The notes under the pieces were generated by a model. The model ran no database searches and was not told where the DNA came from. It worked only from the letters and a program-made list of their open reading frames with translations. Of a stretch of 64,000 bases of DNA, positions 29,187 through 40,246 are shown piece by piece (position 1 is the stretch's first letter; each line of letters begins with the position of its first letter). A program made the translations under genes and the position numbers. This DNA comes from Candidatus Sulfomarinibacteraceae bacterium (lineage in GTDB: Bacteria; Acidobacteriota; Thermoanaerobaculia; Thermoanaerobaculales; Sulfomarinibacteraceae), in assembly GCA_963796455.1 (NCBI GenBank), contig CAWCLO010000008.1, forward strand, positions 89,361 to 153,360. Reading direction: 5' to 3'.

Positions 29187-30743
29187 ATGAACGATACCCT
29201 GAATGACCTCAAGAAATCATTTGCAGACCTCGGAATCGATATCGAGTTTGGAATCGAAAAATCGAATATCGGCGCCTGTACGGGCGATTGGATCGTCGCC
29301 GACGATATGCACGAGGTGGTCACGCTCAATCCAACCGACGGCGAGCCCATCGCATCGGTGATCCAGGCCGATGAGGGCGCGTACAAAAACGTGGTTGCGG
29401 CTGCCAAAGAGAGTTTCAAGACCTGGCGGATGATGCCGGCTCCGATGCGCGGCGAAGTCGTGCGCGAACTCGGCAACGAACTGCGGCGCGCCAAAGATCC
29501 GCTCGGCCGTCTGGTATCGCTCGAGATGGGCAAGATTCTCTCGGAAGGGCTCGGAGAGGTCCAGGAGATGATCGACATGTGTGATTTTGCGGTCGGTCTC
29601 TCGAGGCAGCTCTACGGCCCGAACATGATGTCCGAGCGCCCCCGTCACCGGATGTACGAACAGTGGCATCCGCTGGGAGTCGTGGGCATCATCACCGCCT
29701 TCAACTTTCCGGTTGCGGTGTGGGCATGGAATGCGGCGCTCGCGGCGGTGTGCGGCAACACGATGATCTGGAAACCCTCCTCCGATACGCCTCTGACCGC
29801 GGTTGCCGTGCAACACATCTGCAATCGGGTGATGGCGCGCCACGGTCTGCACGGCGTTTTCAATCTCGCCATCGGCCCCGGCAGAGTGGTCGGCGAGACG
29901 ATGATCAACGATTCGGACGTTCCTCTGATCTCCTTTACCGGTTCCACCAAGATGGGCCGCCACGTCAACGAGACCACTGCCCGCAGATTCGGACGCAACA
30001 TCCTCGAGCTTGGCGGGAACAATGCAATCATCGCCGCCGAGGACGCCGATATCGAACTCGTGGTTCGCGCCGTGCTCTTTGCGGCGGTCGGCACGGCCGG
30101 TCAGCGCTGCACCAGCCTTCGCCGTTTGTTCCTGCAGAAATCCATCGCCAAAGAGGTCATCGACCGGCTGCTCAAGGCCTATCCGTCGATCACCATCGGC
30201 GACCCCCTCGCCGACGGAGTCCTCATGGGTCCCCTGGTGAATCAGCGCGCCGTCGAGGATCACTTCGCGGCCCTTGACGCAATCCGCGAGCAGGGTGGCG
30301 AGATTCTGTGCGGCGGCGGGAAGCCGGATCGCAGCGGTTTCTTTGTCGAGCCGACGATCGTCAAGGCCAACGCACAGATGGAGATCACGCGCCAGGAGAC
30401 CTTTGCACCGATTCTCTATGTCTTCGAGTATGGTGATTTCGACGAGGCGATGGCCCTGCACAACTCGGTTGATCAGGGGCTGTCATCCGCCGTCTTCACT
30501 GAGAGCGTCCGGACTTCGGAGCGCTTTTTGTCCCATGAAGGCTCGGATTGTGGAATCGCCAACGTCAATATCGGCACCTCGGGCGCCGAGATCGGTGGCG
30601 CCTTCGGTGGCGAGAAAGAAACCGGTGGTGGCCGCGAGGCGGGCTCCGACGCATGGAAGGGCTATATGCGGCGCCAGACCTGCACCATCAACTGGGGCGG
30701 CGAGCTTCCCCTGGCGCAGGGCGTGGAGTTTGACGTCGAGTAG
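29187..30743 (+). CDS. Aldehyde dehydrogenase, ALDH7/piperideine-6-carboxylate dehydrogenase-like
   Basis: AFNFPVAVWAWN, LELGGNNA, GTAGQRCT, GAFGGEKETGGGRE. Confidence 0.92.
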   Translation: MNDTLNDLKKSFADLGIDIEFGIEKSNIGACTGDWIVADDMHEVVTLNPTDGEPIASVIQADEGAYKNVVAAAKESFKTWRMMPAPMRGEVVRELGNELRRAKDPLGRLVSLEMGKILSEGLGEVQEMIDMCDFAVGLSRQLYGPNMMSERPRHRMYEQWHPLGVVGIITAFNFPVAVWAWNAALAAVCGNTMIWKPSSDTPLTAVAVQHICNRVMARHGLHGVFNLAIGPGRVVGETMINDSDVPLISFTGSTKMGRHVNETTARRFGRNILELGGNNAIIAAEDADIELVVRAVLFAAVGTAGQRCTSLRRLFLQKSIAKEVIDRLLKAYPSITIGDPLADGVLMGPLVNQRAVEDHFAALDAIREQGGEILCGGGKPDRSGFFVEPTIVKANAQMEITRQETFAPILYVFEYGDFDEAMALHNSVDQGLSSAVFTESVRTSERFLSHEGSDCGIANVNIGTSGAEIGGAFGGEKETGGGREAGSDAWKGYMRRQTCTINWGGELPLAQGVEFDVE

Positions 30744-30809
30744 GCGAGTCGACGGGGCAGGTTTCGAGACAACACGGCCGGTCCTCGAAGCTGGGGGCCG
30801 GTTCGGGCT

Positions 30810-33014
30810 CTATTCGATCAGATAGAGGTGCTCGGTGATCCCCTCGATTGAAGCGGTTCCGGCCGTCGGCACGATCCGCACGCGGGCGATGGTGAAATCG
30901 AGTTCGAGATCCGGGCCCTCGATGTTGTCGATTGAAAACCGGCTTTCGATGTTCGTCAGCGGCACCGCAGCTTCGAGGGAATAGTGGATTCTGATTGATT
31001 CGCCGACCGTCAAGCGGTCGGTTCGCACGTATTCCTGCCGTCGTCCGACGATGAGATCGTGGTGGAATCTGATGGATCCTTGCTCCCCCGTCAGTCTGGC
31101 CTCGATCTCGAAGTCGGCGCGGGTGCCGGCGTCAATGGTCAGAAACTGACCGCCGAACACGAATTGTTCGTCGGCGTCGGCCCAAACCGGCATCGGCCCG
31201 ACCGGAGTCAATTGCAGCTCTCGGGCCGCAGATTTCAGCACCTGACTGTTGAGGCTCTTGACCACACCTTCGGTCAGCCATCCGAGACGGGCCGGGTCCG
31301 TTGGTTGCAGATCGATGCCGGGAGCAAACAGGGTCTGAGAGAGATCAGAGGCGACACAGGCTTGCAGGTCTTCTGAACAGACCGCGATCCTTTGATCCCG
31401 CGAGAGCCCGGCGACGATGTGCAGGTGGGTGTTGCCCCACAAGATTTGTCGCGGCTCCCGGTAGCTGCGAAAAACCGAGCGGCCGCCAAAACCGAGCGAT
31501 GGATCTGCCAGGCCGAGAGCGTCCAGAATCGAGATCGGCAGGTCGAGTTGCATTGCCGGATGGTCGAAAATCCGGGGCGAAGCGCCTGGATGGAGAACCA
31601 CCAGAAAGCCCCAGGCCTGGAGAAAGGAATTGGCGATGTCGCTGTCCCCGGGGACGAGCTCTCTCGATTCGTCGCTGGTCAGAATGATGAGGGTGTCGTC
31701 AGGCACTCCCATCTCTTCGAGGCTGTCGAAGAACTCGCCGAGTGCTTGATCGAGATACTCCATCGCCCACCCGGGACTGTGCTGCGCGTAGGATCCCTTG
31801 AATTCAGGAGGTGGGTTGAAGGGATGGTGGGTGCCAACCGTCAACAGGGTGAGAAACCACGGTTGCTCGCTACGCTGCAGCTCTTCGATCTTCTCGACAC
31901 TCTGCTCGAGGAACGCGCGGTCGTCGATGCCCCAATGATTGCGGTGATAGTAGCGATCGAAAGACGTATCGCCGGCCGCTTTCGAGAAGCCGGCCTGGGG
32001 CATGAATTGATCTTTCAACATGAAGGCCATCGGTGCGGCCTGGAGATATGTGGTGGAATGCCCACCCGCTCGCAACGCCGCCGGCAGACAATCGAGGGCC
32101 GCCGAGCCGGCGAGTTCGGTCATTTTGGGTTCGGATGTGACGAGCTTCGGGTAGTCGCCGCAGAGCAGGGCGTACTCGCCTCGATTTGTCTGACGCTGGT
32201 GAGCGACGAAACTCGACCACGCCATCCCGCGTCGGGCCAGTCGGTCGAGTTCGGGCATTTCGATGGTCGTGTTCGCACCATGACGATCGCGGAGGGTCGG
32301 AATATAGGCTCCCGACACTCCCTCCAGAATCACCAGCAGCACGTTGGTTGTATGAGGCAGTTGCTCGATGACGAGCTCACCGTCGAGATCCGCCTCGACG
32401 GTACGATCGATGGTGGCGGGTTGTTTCCCGGGCGGGGAGGCGCTGCCGAACAAATTGCTTGTCTGGGCGAGGACGAAGTTGGTCTGCCGCCACGATGCAA
32501 CGGTCTGTTCTCGGGGCCAGATCAGACTGAGTGCGATCAGCGGCAGAGCGGCCAGCAGTAGGTATCGCACCGGGAACTGCCGTCGATTCCTCGTGATCCA
32601 CCACAACGTGAACCATGCTCCAATGACGACGGCGACCAACAACAAAGGACGGGCCGGGGCCATGACCGAGGCGCGAAAGAAAGTCGGGTCGGCCAGGTAG
32701 CCGGAGTGGGCGAGGGCGACCATCGATCCGAGCTCCCGGATGTGTTCGTAGTTGGCAAAGCTGAGGAGGATCCAGATGGTGCCGAGCACGAGGGCCGCCC
32801 AACGCCCGTGCTTCGAGGCACTGATCAGGGCGCCGAGGCCGGCTGCGATCACCAACGACACCGCGAGATCGGCCGTCAGACCGAAAAGATCATTTCGGCC
32901 GAGCCCCAGCTGAAGGTCGACCAGAAGCGCCATTCTGACGATCAGAGGGGGCAGTAGCGCCACGAGGACCAGGAGCGCCAGCGGTCGGCGGGGAGATCCG
33001 TCGCGGCCTGTCAA
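30810..33014 (-). CDS. LTA-synthase/MdoB-family membrane phosphoglycerol-transferase-like protein
   Basis: About 5 N-terminal TMs; LVILEG, QTNRGEY (Thr), THHPF, TSDE. Confidence 0.8.
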   Translation of the reverse strand: MTGRDGSPRRPLALLVLVALLPPLIVRMALLVDLQLGLGRNDLFGLTADLAVSLVIAAGLGALISASKHGRWAALVLGTIWILLSFANYEHIRELGSMVALAHSGYLADPTFFRASVMAPARPLLLVAVVIGAWFTLWWITRNRRQFPVRYLLLAALPLIALSLIWPREQTVASWRQTNFVLAQTSNLFGSASPPGKQPATIDRTVEADLDGELVIEQLPHTTNVLLVILEGVSGAYIPTLRDRHGANTTIEMPELDRLARRGMAWSSFVAHQRQTNRGEYALLCGDYPKLVTSEPKMTELAGSAALDCLPAALRAGGHSTTYLQAAPMAFMLKDQFMPQAGFSKAAGDTSFDRYYHRNHWGIDDRAFLEQSVEKIEELQRSEQPWFLTLLTVGTHHPFNPPPEFKGSYAQHSPGWAMEYLDQALGEFFDSLEEMGVPDDTLIILTSDESRELVPGDSDIANSFLQAWGFLVVLHPGASPRIFDHPAMQLDLPISILDALGLADPSLGFGGRSVFRSYREPRQILWGNTHLHIVAGLSRDQRIAVCSEDLQACVASDLSQTLFAPGIDLQPTDPARLGWLTEGVVKSLNSQVLKSAARELQLTPVGPMPVWADADEQFVFGGQFLTIDAGTRADFEIEARLTGEQGSIRFHHDLIVGRRQEYVRTDRLTVGESIRIHYSLEAAVPLTNIESRFSIDNIEGPDLELDFTIARVRIVPTAGTASIEGITEHLYLIE

Positions 33015-34463
33015 CTACCACACCGTGTCGAGCATCGCGTCCCACTTCAGGGTGTGCGCGACCATCGGGCCGCCGGTCACCGTCAGCTCGATCTCGTGAT
33101 CGGTGCTGCTCCGGTAGACGCGGAGGAGTTGGTGCTCGGGTTCCACTTCGGCTGTTTCGTCGTCGATGAGCTCGTTGCCGATACGTCGCCGCAGCACATA
33201 AGTCTGGGTGGACTGCGTCGGGTTCACCACTGCCAGCAGAAGTCCGCTGACCCCCAATCCGCTGCCGCGGGTCAGCAGGCGGCCGTAGCTATGGCGGTTG
33301 ATCGAGATTTTCTGTTCCGCGCCTTCTCGAAAACGCCGCCGCATTTCGATCACAGCGTTTTCTCCGCCATCGATCCGTAGCCACCCCTGCCCGGAACCGC
33401 CGGTGGCAAAAGCGGTGAGATCGAAGACTCTGTTCTCACCTGCTGCAACTACGATTTCCTCGACCGCGACGAGTTGGCCCGACGAATCGATAGCGCTGAG
33501 AGCAGTTGAGGTCTCGTTGGATTCGGGATTGTTGATGTCGAGGAACTGTTGAAGCCCATCCATCGCCCACGGTACGAAGGCAACCGCTCTATGGTCGAGA
33601 GCGCGCAACCCGTCAGTTTGTTCGAGCCAGGCAGATGTGTCCGGCTCCTTCTGGGCATCGGATGGAGCGAGCCAGTCGGTATAGATCCCGAAAACTCCCA
33701 CCCGGCGCAAGGCTTCCATCGTCAGCCGGTCGTTGATCGTGTGGACATAGACCGGTGTCCCGGAAGACGCGAGGCGTGCCGCGAGATCTCCACTCCTGGC
33801 CCGGCCGGGGGGCATTGTCACCGCCCACAATCCTGCAGACTCGGCGAAGGAGACGATCTCGGAATCGGGCAGCTCGGTCATATAAAGGGTAAAAATGATG
33901 CGTTCGAAACCGAGGGCCTCGACGCGGTCCATTTCCTCCGGATGATAGATCTGGGGCACGAATCGATGGCGGAGTTTGGGGTATCGATCCACTATGCGCG
34001 TCAGCCCCTCGAGGTTGCGCTCTTTGATATCGGTCACGAGAGCGACTCCGGGATTGCCGCGGAGAAAAGGCTCGAGATCGTCGAGGCTCAGTTGGGTGAT
34101 GCCCCACGGTGATTCGGCGGCGAGAAAATCCGTCCGCGAGAGTTGTCCGGGCTCTCGATCGAAGATCCGCACGAATTCGCGGTCCCAATCGTGAACCAGA
34201 ACAAGATGATCGTCGCTGGTCCAGGAAAGATCGATTTCGATCAGGGTGTGGCCCGCGGCGACGCTGTGGTCGAGGGCCTCGAGGCTGTTTGTATAAACGC
34301 GGTGGTTGCCGATACCGCCGGCATGGGCGATCAAGGTCGGCGGGGTTTCGCGGACCGGCGGCCTGTCGCTGCACGCCGGCGCCACAGCCAGGAGAATTGT
34401 GGCAGTCAGGATGTGCAGGGTTGTCATGACGCGAAGTCGAGTATCGGTTCGGGAGGTATTCAC
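33015..34463 (-). CDS. Glycerophosphodiester phosphodiesterase-family lipoprotein with C-terminal beta domain
   Basis: IAHAGG, NSLEA, IEIDL...TSD, HDW, TDIKE, HTIND, GIYTD. Confidence 0.82.
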   Translation of the reverse strand: MNTSRTDTRLRVMTTLHILTATILLAVAPACSDRPPVRETPPTLIAHAGGIGNHRVYTNSLEALDHSVAAGHTLIEIDLSWTSDDHLVLVHDWDREFVRIFDREPGQLSRTDFLAAESPWGITQLSLDDLEPFLRGNPGVALVTDIKERNLEGLTRIVDRYPKLRHRFVPQIYHPEEMDRVEALGFERIIFTLYMTELPDSEIVSFAESAGLWAVTMPPGRARSGDLAARLASSGTPVYVHTINDRLTMEALRRVGVFGIYTDWLAPSDAQKEPDTSAWLEQTDGLRALDHRAVAFVPWAMDGLQQFLDINNPESNETSTALSAIDSSGQLVAVEEIVVAAGENRVFDLTAFATGGSGQGWLRIDGGENAVIEMRRRFREGAEQKISINRHSYGRLLTRGSGLGVSGLLLAVVNPTQSTQTYVLRRRIGNELIDDETAEVEPEHQLLRVYRSSTDHEIELTVTGGPMVAHTLKWDAMLDTVW

Positions 34464-34510
34464 TGATCCATTCTACCGGCGTTACCGGAACCTGGTGCTA
34501 CCATGAATTC

Positions 34511-35851
34511 ATGGAAGGTCGCGTACTGATCATCGATGACGATCCCGGAGTGCGGAAGGTCCTGCGGCGGATTCTCTCGTCTGCCGACTACGATGTGGAC
34601 GAGTCCGAGGATGCGTTTCACGCCCTCGATTCCTTGGATGCGAATCCTCCCGATGCGGCCCTGCTCGACATCAAAATGCCGGGCATGGATGGTCTGTCGC
34701 TGCTGGACAATCTGCAGCAACGGGGCCTCGATATTCCGGTGGTGATCCTGACCGGCCACGGAGATGAGTTCACTTCATCCCGGTGTCTGGATGCCGGCGC
34801 CGCTGGATATCTCACAAAACCTCCCGACCGGGCCGATCTTTTGCTGGCGGTCCGCGGCGCGGTGGCTCAGGGTCGGGTGGCTCGCGAATTGGACGACGTT
34901 GGAGAACCGCCTCCGATTCTCGGCGACAGCCCGTCGATACGCCAGCTGAGAGAAGAGATCTCGAGGGTTGCGCCGTCCCACGCGACGGTCATGATCCAGG
35001 GCGAGTCGGGCACGGGAAAAGAACTTGTGGCGAGACGGCTGCACCACCTCTCGGGCCGGGCACGGCGCCCATTTATCCGGGTGAATTCGGCCGCGATTCC
35101 CGAAGAGTTGATCGAATCGGAGCTCTTCGGACACGAGAAGGGCTCCTTCACCGGGGCGCACCGGCGCCAGGTCGGAAAGTTCGTTCAGGCGGACGGAGGA
35201 ACGATCCTCCTCGATGAGGTCGGGGACATGAGCCTCAAGACCCAGGCCAAGGTTCTGCGGGTCCTGCAGGACGGTGAGGTCGAACCGGTTGGCGCGGGCA
35301 GTGCGTTTCGGGTCGATGTGCGGGTCATTGCCGCGACCAACAAGAACCTGGTGGCCGAAGTCCAGGCAGGTACCTTTCGTGAAGACCTGTACTACCGGTT
35401 GGCCGTCGTGGTGCTCAATACACCGCCGTTGCGTGAACACCCCGATGATGTCCCGCCTCTGGTGGCCCACCTGTCCGATCATTTTTGTACCGAATACAAC
35501 CGTCGCCCCAAGACCTGGAGCGACCACGCGCTGCAGCAGCTCATGCGGCACCCCTGGCCGGGCAACGTCCGGGAGCTCAAAAATGTCGTCGAACGGGCGG
35601 TCATCATGGAACTCGATGACACCGTTTCCGAGGTCGACCTCCCGGAACAACCTGCCGGCGGCGCCATTGATGCGTTGCTCGACCTCGCATCCTTGCAGGA
35701 GTTCCAGCGCCAGGCTGAAATCGCCTACATCCTCCATCATCTCGAACGAAACGGTTGGAATGTGGCGGCGACCGCACGCATTATCGGCACCCCGCGGTCC
35801 AACCTCTACAAAAAGATGCGTGCCTACGGAATTGAAAGGGAGCAGTCGTGA
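34511..35851 (+). CDS. sigma54-dependent response regulator (NtrC/NtrX-like)
   Basis: REC (LLDIKMP), [22 protein letters not shown], Fis HTH. Confidence 0.92.
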   Translation: MEGRVLIIDDDPGVRKVLRRILSSADYDVDESEDAFHALDSLDANPPDAALLDIKMPGMDGLSLLDNLQQRGLDIPVVILTGHGDEFTSSRCLDAGAAGYLTKPPDRADLLLAVRGAVAQGRVARELDDVGEPPPILGDSPSIRQLREEISRVAPSHATVMIQGESGTGKELVARRLHHLSGRARRPFIRVNSAAIPEELIESELFGHEKGSFTGAHRRQVGKFVQADGGTILLDEVGDMSLKTQAKVLRVLQDGEVEPVGAGSAFRVDVRVIAATNKNLVAEVQAGTFREDLYYRLAVVVLNTPPLREHPDDVPPLVAHLSDHFCTEYNRRPKTWSDHALQQLMRHPWPGNVRELKNVVERAVIMELDDTVSEVDLPEQPAGGAIDALLDLASLQEFQRQAEIAYILHHLERNGWNVAATARIIGTPRSNLYKKMRAYGIEREQS

Positions 35852-36432
35852 GCTCAAACCTCAATCTCGGCGTCCTCACGGCCTGCGGCGCCCACCAGCA
35901 GGGTCATTTTCTCCTGTCGTCGGGCCTCCATTCGGGGGACTACCTCCAGTGTGCGCTGTTTCTGGCCAATCCGCGCCGGGCCGGGCGGGCCGGCGAGTTG
36001 CTCGCCGAAGAAATCAAGGGAGCGGGTCTTGACCCGAAGATCATCGTTGCTCCGGCCATGGGCGGGTTGATCATCGGGCACGAAACCGCCCGTGCGATGG
36101 ATCTACCCTTTCTTTTCACCGAGCGGTCGGATGGAGAGATGATGCTGCGGCGCGGTTTCGCCATCACGCCCGGCCAGGAAGTCGTGATCATCGAGGATGT
36201 GGTGACCACCGGGCGATCGACCCGCGAGGTGATCGCGATTCTCGAAGCAATGGGCGCCGTCGTCCTCGGTGTGGGCTCCCTGGTCAACAGGTCGGGGGAT
36301 CCGCGGCCCTTCGAACCACTGCCGAGCAGGCATCTGTTGACCGCGGATTTTCCCACCTGGACCGCCGAAGAGTGTCCCTTGTGCCGCGAGGGCGTGCCGA
36401 TCGCCAAGCCGGGTTCTCGACCGATCAGCTAG
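35848..36432 (+). CDS. pyrE: Orotate phosphoribosyltransferase
   Basis: GHFLLSSGLHS, IIEDVVTTGRS. Confidence 0.92.
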   Translation: MSSNLNLGVLTACGAHQQGHFLLSSGLHSGDYLQCALFLANPRRAGRAGELLAEEIKGAGLDPKIIVAPAMGGLIIGHETARAMDLPFLFTERSDGEMMLRRGFAITPGQEVVIIEDVVTTGRSTREVIAILEAMGAVVLGVGSLVNRSGDPRPFEPLPSRHLLTADFPTWTAEECPLCREGVPIAKPGSRPIS

Positions 36433-36437
36433 ATAGG

Positions 36438-36568
36438 TTTGAGTGTTGAGTTTTAAGTTTTGAGTTGACTCGAACTGTTCGCAAGCGTGTGTTCAGAGCT
36501 CCACGCAACTCAAACTCATGGCTCTATGCCTATAACTCAAACCTCATAACTCAAAACTCAACACTTCA
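36438..36568. repeat. Inverted heptamer arrays (GAGTTTT / AACTCAA) between pyrE and folK
   Basis: tgagtgttgagttttaagttttgagttg ... aactcaaaactcaacac; the array overlaps the folK 3' end. Confidence 0.8.
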
Positions 36569-37044
36569 ATGATGCCGTGCGGGTCTTGTTCGCGCGCCTT
36601 GGCCAACAATTCTTCGATCGTGTGGCCGAGCAGTTGGTGGCGCCAACCGGGGGCGATCTCGGCGGCCGGTTCGAGGGCGAAACGCCTTTCGTGAAACCGC
36701 GGGTGGGGGAGCTCGAGCTCCGGCCCCACGCAGACGATCCGCTCGGCGACGAGCAGATCCAGATCGAGGACCCGCGGCCCCCATCGCTGTTCGGTCTCTC
36801 GATTCCGCCCGGCGTCGATCTCGAGTTGCCGGCACCGTGCGAGCAGGGCCCCTGGTCCCGCCGGCCAATTGATCACCGCGGCGGCATTTGAAAAATCGGG
36901 TTGCTCGGGCCCCACGGGCCGGGTTTTCCAGATCCGCGAAACAGCACTCACTTGCCCCGCATCGTCGAGTTCGGAGAGCGCAGCCGCAATGGCCGCCGCC
37001 GGATCTCCGAGATTGCCGCCGAGTCCGAGAAGTACCTTCAACAT
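36544..37044 (-). CDS. folK: 2-amino-4-hydroxy-6-hydroxymethyldihydropteridine diphosphokinase
   Basis: LGLGGNLGD, RWGPRVLDLDLL, LPHPR. Confidence 0.93.
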   Translation of the reverse strand: MLKVLLGLGGNLGDPAAAIAAALSELDDAGQVSAVSRIWKTRPVGPEQPDFSNAAAVINWPAGPGALLARCRQLEIDAGRNRETEQRWGPRVLDLDLLVAERIVCVGPELELPHPRFHERRFALEPAAEIAPGWRHQLLGHTIEELLAKAREQDPHGIIEVLSFEL

Positions 37045-37159
37045 CGAAGCCGATCATAGATGACCCCGGTCACAGAGTGTTGAGAGGCGTTTTCCTAATC
37101 TGGAATGAGCGGCCTGTTACCGCGCCACGGTAACGATGGGGGGCACGAAATGGCTTTGA

Positions 37160-38558
37160 ATGGAAAGGGCGCCCGGATTGCGATCGTCGTTGCGGCGATC
37201 GCATTTCTTTATTCTTGCATCAGCTGAAGCAAAGATGCCGGCCACGGAGGCGGTCGTTCCTGTACTCGAGTTCGTGGCGGAGGGAGATGTCCGGATCGCA
37301 TCCGACGGTCTCCTCGAGGAGCGGCTGATCGTACCGAAATCGATCAGCTCCGCGCTGGCAAATACGCTCGAAGGCGAGGCCGTCACAGTTTCCGGTTGGC
37401 CCGTGGGTGTGGCCGACCGCCGCACCGTCCATATGAAACGGGTGGCAATTTATGCTCCCGGAGCCAGGATCTTCGAGGTCTCCGCGGGCGGGATACGGCA
37501 GCTTTCGCGTTCCCGACACATTCATTTCGTCGGCACGATCGAAGGCGAAAGCGAGAGCGGAGTCTTGATCATTGTCGACCCGGAGAGCGGCGGCACGAGC
37601 GGGCTGTCGATGACAAACGGCGAGAGCTACGACCTGGTGCCGGTTGTGGGTGGGGTGTCCGGCGATGTTCGGGTGGTGGCGACTCACGAAGGCCACGCCG
37701 AACAGGACCACTTCTTTGACTGTGGTGGTGACAGCCTCGATTTTCCTGCGTCCTCGCTTTTGGCAAAAACAATCAGTCGGTGGCGCGGCAAGCGCCAAGT
37801 CCTCGGGGCCCTTGGAGGCTGTTCTCGCAATCGACACCGACACCGAGCTCCTGAGTCAGAAGTTCTCGAACAACACAACTGCAGCAGCGAACTATGTAGC
37901 GGATCTGATCGCCGCGATGAATGTCATGTACTCGCGGGACCTCGATGTCACCCTCCTCCAGGGAACCACCTATCTCAGAACCGGTTCCGACCCCTACAGC
38001 CAGAACAGCGGCGGCGGTGCGTCGTCCTCGGAGCTCAGCGAGTTCGGCAATTACTGGAAGAGCAACTACTCCTCGGTGGACCGGGCCCTGGCGGCCATGC
38101 TCTCCGGCAAATCGCCGTCGAGCAACTCGGCGTCGGGCATCGCGTGGGTCGGCGGGCTGTGCTCGACCAACTACGGCTACAGCTTCTCGAAGGTGTTCAA
38201 ATCAAATTATCTATCGGGGGACGCCAAGCTTGTGGGACACGAACTCGGTCACAACTTCGGATCGCCTCACACTCACTGTTATAACCCGCCGATCGACCAG
38301 TGCTACAACCAGAGCGGCTGCTACTCTGGGGCGACATCCTGTCCGTCCGGCGGCGCGGGTACGGTCATGAGTTATTGCCACATCACCGGATGCGGAAGCA
38401 CCCTCGATTTCCATCCCTCGGCCGTCAATCTGATCCTCACGAATCACGTCAACCCGGCGACCGGGGTGTGCATTTTCGAGGCATCCGGTGGTGGCAACCA
38501 GATCTTCTCCGATGGTTTCAGTAGCGGTGGATTCGATGCCTGGAGTGAGTCTTCCTAA
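37160..38558 (+). CDS. M12/reprolysin-like zinc metalloprotease 1, frameshift near 37775
   Basis: Prodomain in ORF 37160, catalytic part in ORF 37644; HELGHNFGSPH and Met-turn TVMSYC; start uncertain. Confidence 0.8.
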
Positions 38559-38665
38559 TGACAAAGTTTTGTTAACAGAGGGGCCCTGTCTCAGTCTCTG
38601 TTGATATTCTGGAAGAGGTCGAGAAGTCCGCGGGGGGCGGGCGAATCCCTTTCTGGAGCATCAAA

Positions 38666-40176
38666 ATGTGGTTGTTGAATGAGCGTTTCCGCAGCGCCCT
38701 CGTGTTCTTGGTGTGGATGGTGGCGGCCGGATCGGGTATTTCCAGTGCAATTGCAGCGGAGATCAGGCCTTCGGTGGACGAAGCCTCCGTTCGTGGTGAG
38801 ACGCCGCGGTGCTCTTTGCCGAAATCGATGGTGTCGCATCTCGATCCATCGAGAAACGCACCCACGAGTCGTTGCTCGTAGCACCGGCCTTTGTCGCAGA
38901 CTTTGCGGCGGTTGCATCAAAGGGATCGGTGATCGTGGAAAATTGGCCGGTGGCTCCGGGCGACCGACACCGAGTGCGCTTCGAAAGAGTCGATGTCTAC
39001 GCCCCGGGCGCCATGGTGTGGGTTGACGACGGCCGTTTGATCCGAGAAATCCCGAGGTCGAAACGAATCCGGCTCGTTGGGCGGTCCCTCGACAACTCAT
39101 CAATTGAGGTTTTTGTCTCCATTCACCCCGGCCGCCGGACCATCCGTGGACTGTCGACCCATCCAGGCAGAGAGAGTTACACCATTGACGAGCCGTCCAA
39201 AGAAAACATGACCCTCCATTCTCTTTCGAAAGAGCGTGAGACGGCGCCCGGATCCGGAGAGCCCTTGCGCTACGGTTGTGGATTCGATGAGCTTCCCTGG
39301 CGGGAAGAGATCGATGACGAACTTTTCCAGGCAGCGCCTGGTCGGGCGGCGAACAAGACGTCGAGCCTTCGGCAAATCGTGGTCGCCGTGGATACCGACA
39401 ACGAATTCAACCACAAGAAATTCGGCAACAACACCTCGGAAGCCGAGGACTGGATTGTTGATCTTTTTGCTCTCATGACCGCCCTCTACGAACGAGATCT
39501 GTCGCTGCGAATTCTGAAAGGGGACACGATCTACCGGCTCGACACCGATGCATCACCAACCTATGACGATGATCCCTACTCGCTGACGGGCTCACCGGTC
39601 TCGAGTGCCCAATTGGGCGAGTTTGGTTCTTACTGGTCGGCCAATATGAGTGGTGTCGATCGTGCGTTCGCCATGTTGCTTTCGGGTAAGTCGGCCTACG
39701 ACAGCTCGTCCTCCGGTCGTGCCTGGTTGGACGGATATTGTGAGAAACAGAGCACGGGAGGCGGATACAGCGTGAGCCAGGTCTTTCTGGCGAGCTGGGT
39801 CTCCATCACGAATGACCTGAGAGTGATCGCCCATGAACTCGGGCACGAATCTGGGTTCGCCGCACACCCACTGTTACAGCCCTCCGTGGATAACTGTTAC
39901 GCCTGCGAAAGCGGCTGTTTCAGCGGCACCGTTTCCTGTCCAGGTGGTGGCACCGGCACACTGATGTCGTACTGCCATTTCGCCACCAACCCGGCCTCAT
40001 GCGGTGCCAACTGCGGCGGGAATCAAGCCGCCCTGCATTCGACGGTTGGGTCGTTGATGGATGGATACGTTACGTCCCACACACCTTCGTGTGTGGAGTT
40101 GGTTTACCAGAACGCCTTTTTCACCGACAGCTTCGAGGTCGGCAACAGTTCGAACTGGACCGGTACCGTGCCCTGA
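38666..40176 (+). CDS. M12/reprolysin-like zinc metalloprotease 2, frameshift near 38800 and compensating indels at about 39847/39885
   Basis: Signal peptide in ORF 38666; removing one base restores HELGHNLGSPHTHCY; TLMSYC. Confidence 0.8.
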
Positions 40177-40246
40177 TCGGGCGCTGCCACAGAATTGCCA
40201 CAAGCACGCCATCGAGTGATGCGGAAACTTTTGCTACAGTTGCAGC

